From contig JBNRSN020000184.1 in assembly GCA_051313645.2 (NCBI GenBank), forward strand, positions 434,001 to 498,000: 64,000 bases of DNA, given 5' to 3'. This DNA comes from Centroscyllium fabricii (lineage: Eukaryota). Of this stretch, positions 61,552-64,000 are shown piece after piece. A program made the translations under genes and the position numbers. The notes beneath the pieces are model-generated. The model made no database searches. It worked only from the letters and a program-made list of their open reading frames with translations, and was not told the DNA's origin. The first letter of the stretch is position 1. Every line of letters starts with the position of its first letter.

Positions 61552-62594
61552 GTTTCAAATAAAACTGTTGGACTATAACCTGGTGTTGTGTGACTCCTTA
61601 CAATTGTCCACCCCAGTCCAACACCGGCACCTCCACATCATGTAATAAAGGCCAACATACCATTGGTTTCCCTAATTGCTTGCTATACCTGCATGTTAAC
61701 TTTCAGTGATTCGTGTACAGGGACACCTGGCTCCCTCTGAACACCATTTCCCAATCTCTCACCATTTAAAAAATATTCTGTTTTTCCATTTTTCCTACCA
61801 AAGTGGATAACTTCACATTTCTCCACATTATATTCCAAAAAGGAGATAGAGAGAAACGGTTCCCATTGGCAGAAGGGTCAAGATCCCGAGGACACAGATT
61901 GAAGGTGATTGGCCGAAGATCTAGAGGCGGGAGGAGGGGAAACGTTTTTACTCAACGAGTGGTTCTGATCTGGAATTCACTGCCTGAGGGGGTGGTGGGA
62001 GCAGACTCAATCACGGCTTTCAAAAGGGAATTGGATAAATATCTGAAGTTAAAAGAATTGCAGGGCTCCGGGGAAAGGGCAGGGGAGCGGGGCCAGGTGG
62101 AGTGCTCTTGCAGAGAGCCGGCACGGGCTCAACGGGCAGAATGGCCTTTTCTATGCTTTAAACATTCTATGATACTCATTTCGTACCTCAGCTATGCCCT
62201 CTGCCTCCACAAGCACATCTCCTTTTTGGTCCGCAATTGGCAGCTTTTGACCACCACTTTACATGTTTATAAAAGACTTTAGTGTTCCCCATTTTATGTT
62301 ACTTGCTAATGTTTTCTCATACAATCTCTTTGTCCTTCATTTTCTTTTTCAGTTCTCCTCTGTACTTGCTGTATTCTGCACCGTATTCGCTACTGAGTTC
62401 TGAATCAGACATGGATCAGAAGCCTCCCTTTCTGTTCTATTTTAATCTCTATATCTCTCGCCATCCAGGGAGCTCTAGTTTTGGAAGCTCTTCCTTTCCC
62501 CCTCATAATGTGGAGGTGCCGGTGTTGGACTGGGGTGGACAAATGCAAGAAGTCACACAACACCAGATTATAGTCCAACGGTTTTATTTTAAAT

Positions 62595-62630
62595 CACAAG
62601 CTTTCGGAGCGTCTGCCCCTTCGTCAGGTG
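62595..62630 (-). ncRNA. Minimal type I hammerhead ribozyme motif
   Basis: Reverse complement of 62652-62687. Confidence 0.8.
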
Positions 62631-62651
62631 GACAGAGAGTCTCTCTCTGTC

Positions 62652-62687
62652 CACCTGACGAAGGGGCAGACGCTCCGAAAGCTTGTG
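62652..62687 (+). ncRNA. Minimal type I hammerhead ribozyme motif
   Basis: CAC-CTGACGA-A-GGGGC AGAC GCTCC-GAAAGCTT-GTG. Confidence 0.8.
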
Positions 62688-62908
62688 ATTTAAAATAAAA
62701 CCGTTGGACTATAATCTGGTGTTGTGTGACTTCTTGCATTTTCCCCCTCATGTTATTGTGTCCAGTCTTTCTTTTTTTTGTCATTTTACATAACTAGTTT
62801 AAAATATGATCACTGTTTCCCTAATCACCCCCCCCCCCCCACACTGAAACACACCCCACCTGCCCTATTTCATGCCCCAGAACTCCATCCAACACGGCTT
62901 CCTTTCTT

Positions 62909-63105
62909 ACGATAGCAAAATCCTGCGGATGCTGGAAATCCGAAATAACAGAAAACGCTGGAGAAACTCAGCAGGCCCGGCAGCATCGGTGGAGAGAGAA
63001 ACAGAGTTAACGTTTCAGGCCGACCTGAAACATCGACTCGATTTCTCTCCCCACGGAGGTTGCCTGGCCTGCTGAGTTTCTCCAGCATTTTCTGTTGTTA
63101 TTTCT
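62909..63105. mobile_element. Older fold-back element (family 2) with a collapsed centre
   Basis: Imperfect inverted arms around GTTTCAGG-CCGA-CCTGAAAC, a one-sided ~30-nt tail, and 12-bp TSD GCTTCCTTTCTT. Confidence 0.75.
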
Positions 63106-63526
63106 GCTTCCTTTCTTGTTCCGCTGATGCCGCCCCACCCCCTGATCCTCCCACTTCTCCCCCACACGTCCAATTACCGGCAGCGGGCAATGGAGTGTGT
63201 CCAGGAGCCTCGGGTAATTACCCCTTCCGAACCCCGATTCCTGATATCTGTCCCGCTCCCACCATCAGGACAGATCTGCCCTCCCTGTGCTACCCCAGAA
63301 CAGAAGAGGGAAGCTGGGCCCACTTGGCCTTCGCAGCCGCTCCTGGTTACAGCTGTCCGGGAGCAGCCTGCTTACATTTGATTTGCAGCAATCGATCTAT
63401 TACATTCATGTCATTTATAGCTGCAGCTGGGAGCCAAATGATCATTTGTTTGGCTGCTGTTTGCTGCAAAGAGTGCGTGATGTTATTTTCATGTTGCGAA
63501 TGTGCAAGTCCGCTGTGTGCAGTGGT

Positions 63527-63921
63527 CATAGAAACATAGAAACTAGGAGCAGGAGTCGGCCCTTCGAGCCCGCTCCGCCATTCAATGAGATCATGGCTGA
63601 TCATCCAAACCCAGTACCCTGTCCCTGCCTTGTCCCCATATCCCTCGATCGCTATCGAGCCTGCACCGACACATATCCCACCCTATCCCTGTAACCCCAC
63701 ATATTCAATCCCCCTAACACGAAGGGTCAATTTATCATGGCCAATCAACCTAACCCGCACATCTTTGGACTGTGGGAGGAAACCGGAGCACCCAGAGGAA
63801 ACCCACGCAGACACGGGGAGAATGTGCAAACTCCACACAGATAGTACCTGAGGCTGGATTTGAACCCGGGTCTCCAGTGCTGTGAGACAACAGTGCTAAC
63901 CACTATGCCACCGTGCCGCCC
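63527..63921 (-). mobile_element. V-SINE, full length
   Basis: Same structure as 7392-7795. Confidence 0.9.
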
Positions 63922-64000
63922 TGGTCCACATCATTCCCTTAATAAGCTTTCTAAAGATACATGACATCTTGCTTCTCAGACATTTGGCGAAGTCTAGTCT

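Larger units (their letters stand above)
60037..61640. mobile_element. Penelope-derived insert with inverted pLTRs; contains a solo LTR and a CR1 end
   Basis: TSD TGTAATAAA. Inverted arms 60037-60645 (split by the LTR) and 61420-61605. GIY-YIG C-terminus LNHDIGFMSRYM on minus at 61381-61420. Confidence 0.87.
62507..62739. mobile_element. Palindromic mini-Penelope element (family 1)
   Basis: 34-nt tail plus perfect 99-bp inverted arms; 12-bp TSD TTTCCCCCTCAT. Confidence 0.9.

Overview
This is eukaryotic DNA, most likely from a shark or other cartilaginous fish. That call rests on the repeat content: HER1-type CR1 LINEs, HE1-type V-SINEs and a Deu-SINE. The window lies inside the STIMATE (TMEM110) gene on the minus strand. 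Three internal coding exons are visible (34441-34489, 21605-21700, 13933-14054), one with a GC donor; the first and last exons were not found in the window. Nearly all the rest is nested transposons and minisatellites: many CR1/L2 fragments and SINEs, a deleted BEL/Pao element, a Mag-type Gypsy element, two apparently intact PIF/Harbinger transposons, several MITEs and solo LTRs, and Penelope-derived inserts carrying seven minimal hammerhead ribozyme motifs. The main leads are: (i) a Harbinger transposase intron that looks like a LINE 3' end whose 7-bp target duplication supplies both splice sites; (ii) fold-back, hammerhead-bearing mini-Penelope elements, including a perfect 99-bp-arm palindrome; (iii) a hammerhead in the 3' UTR of an intact Harbinger transposase; (iv) a 5S-promoter SINE with a Rex1-like tail; and (v) mismatched TAA/TTA flanks at both Harbingers. 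All calls were made by eye without database searches. Family names and the boundaries of old fragments are approximate.
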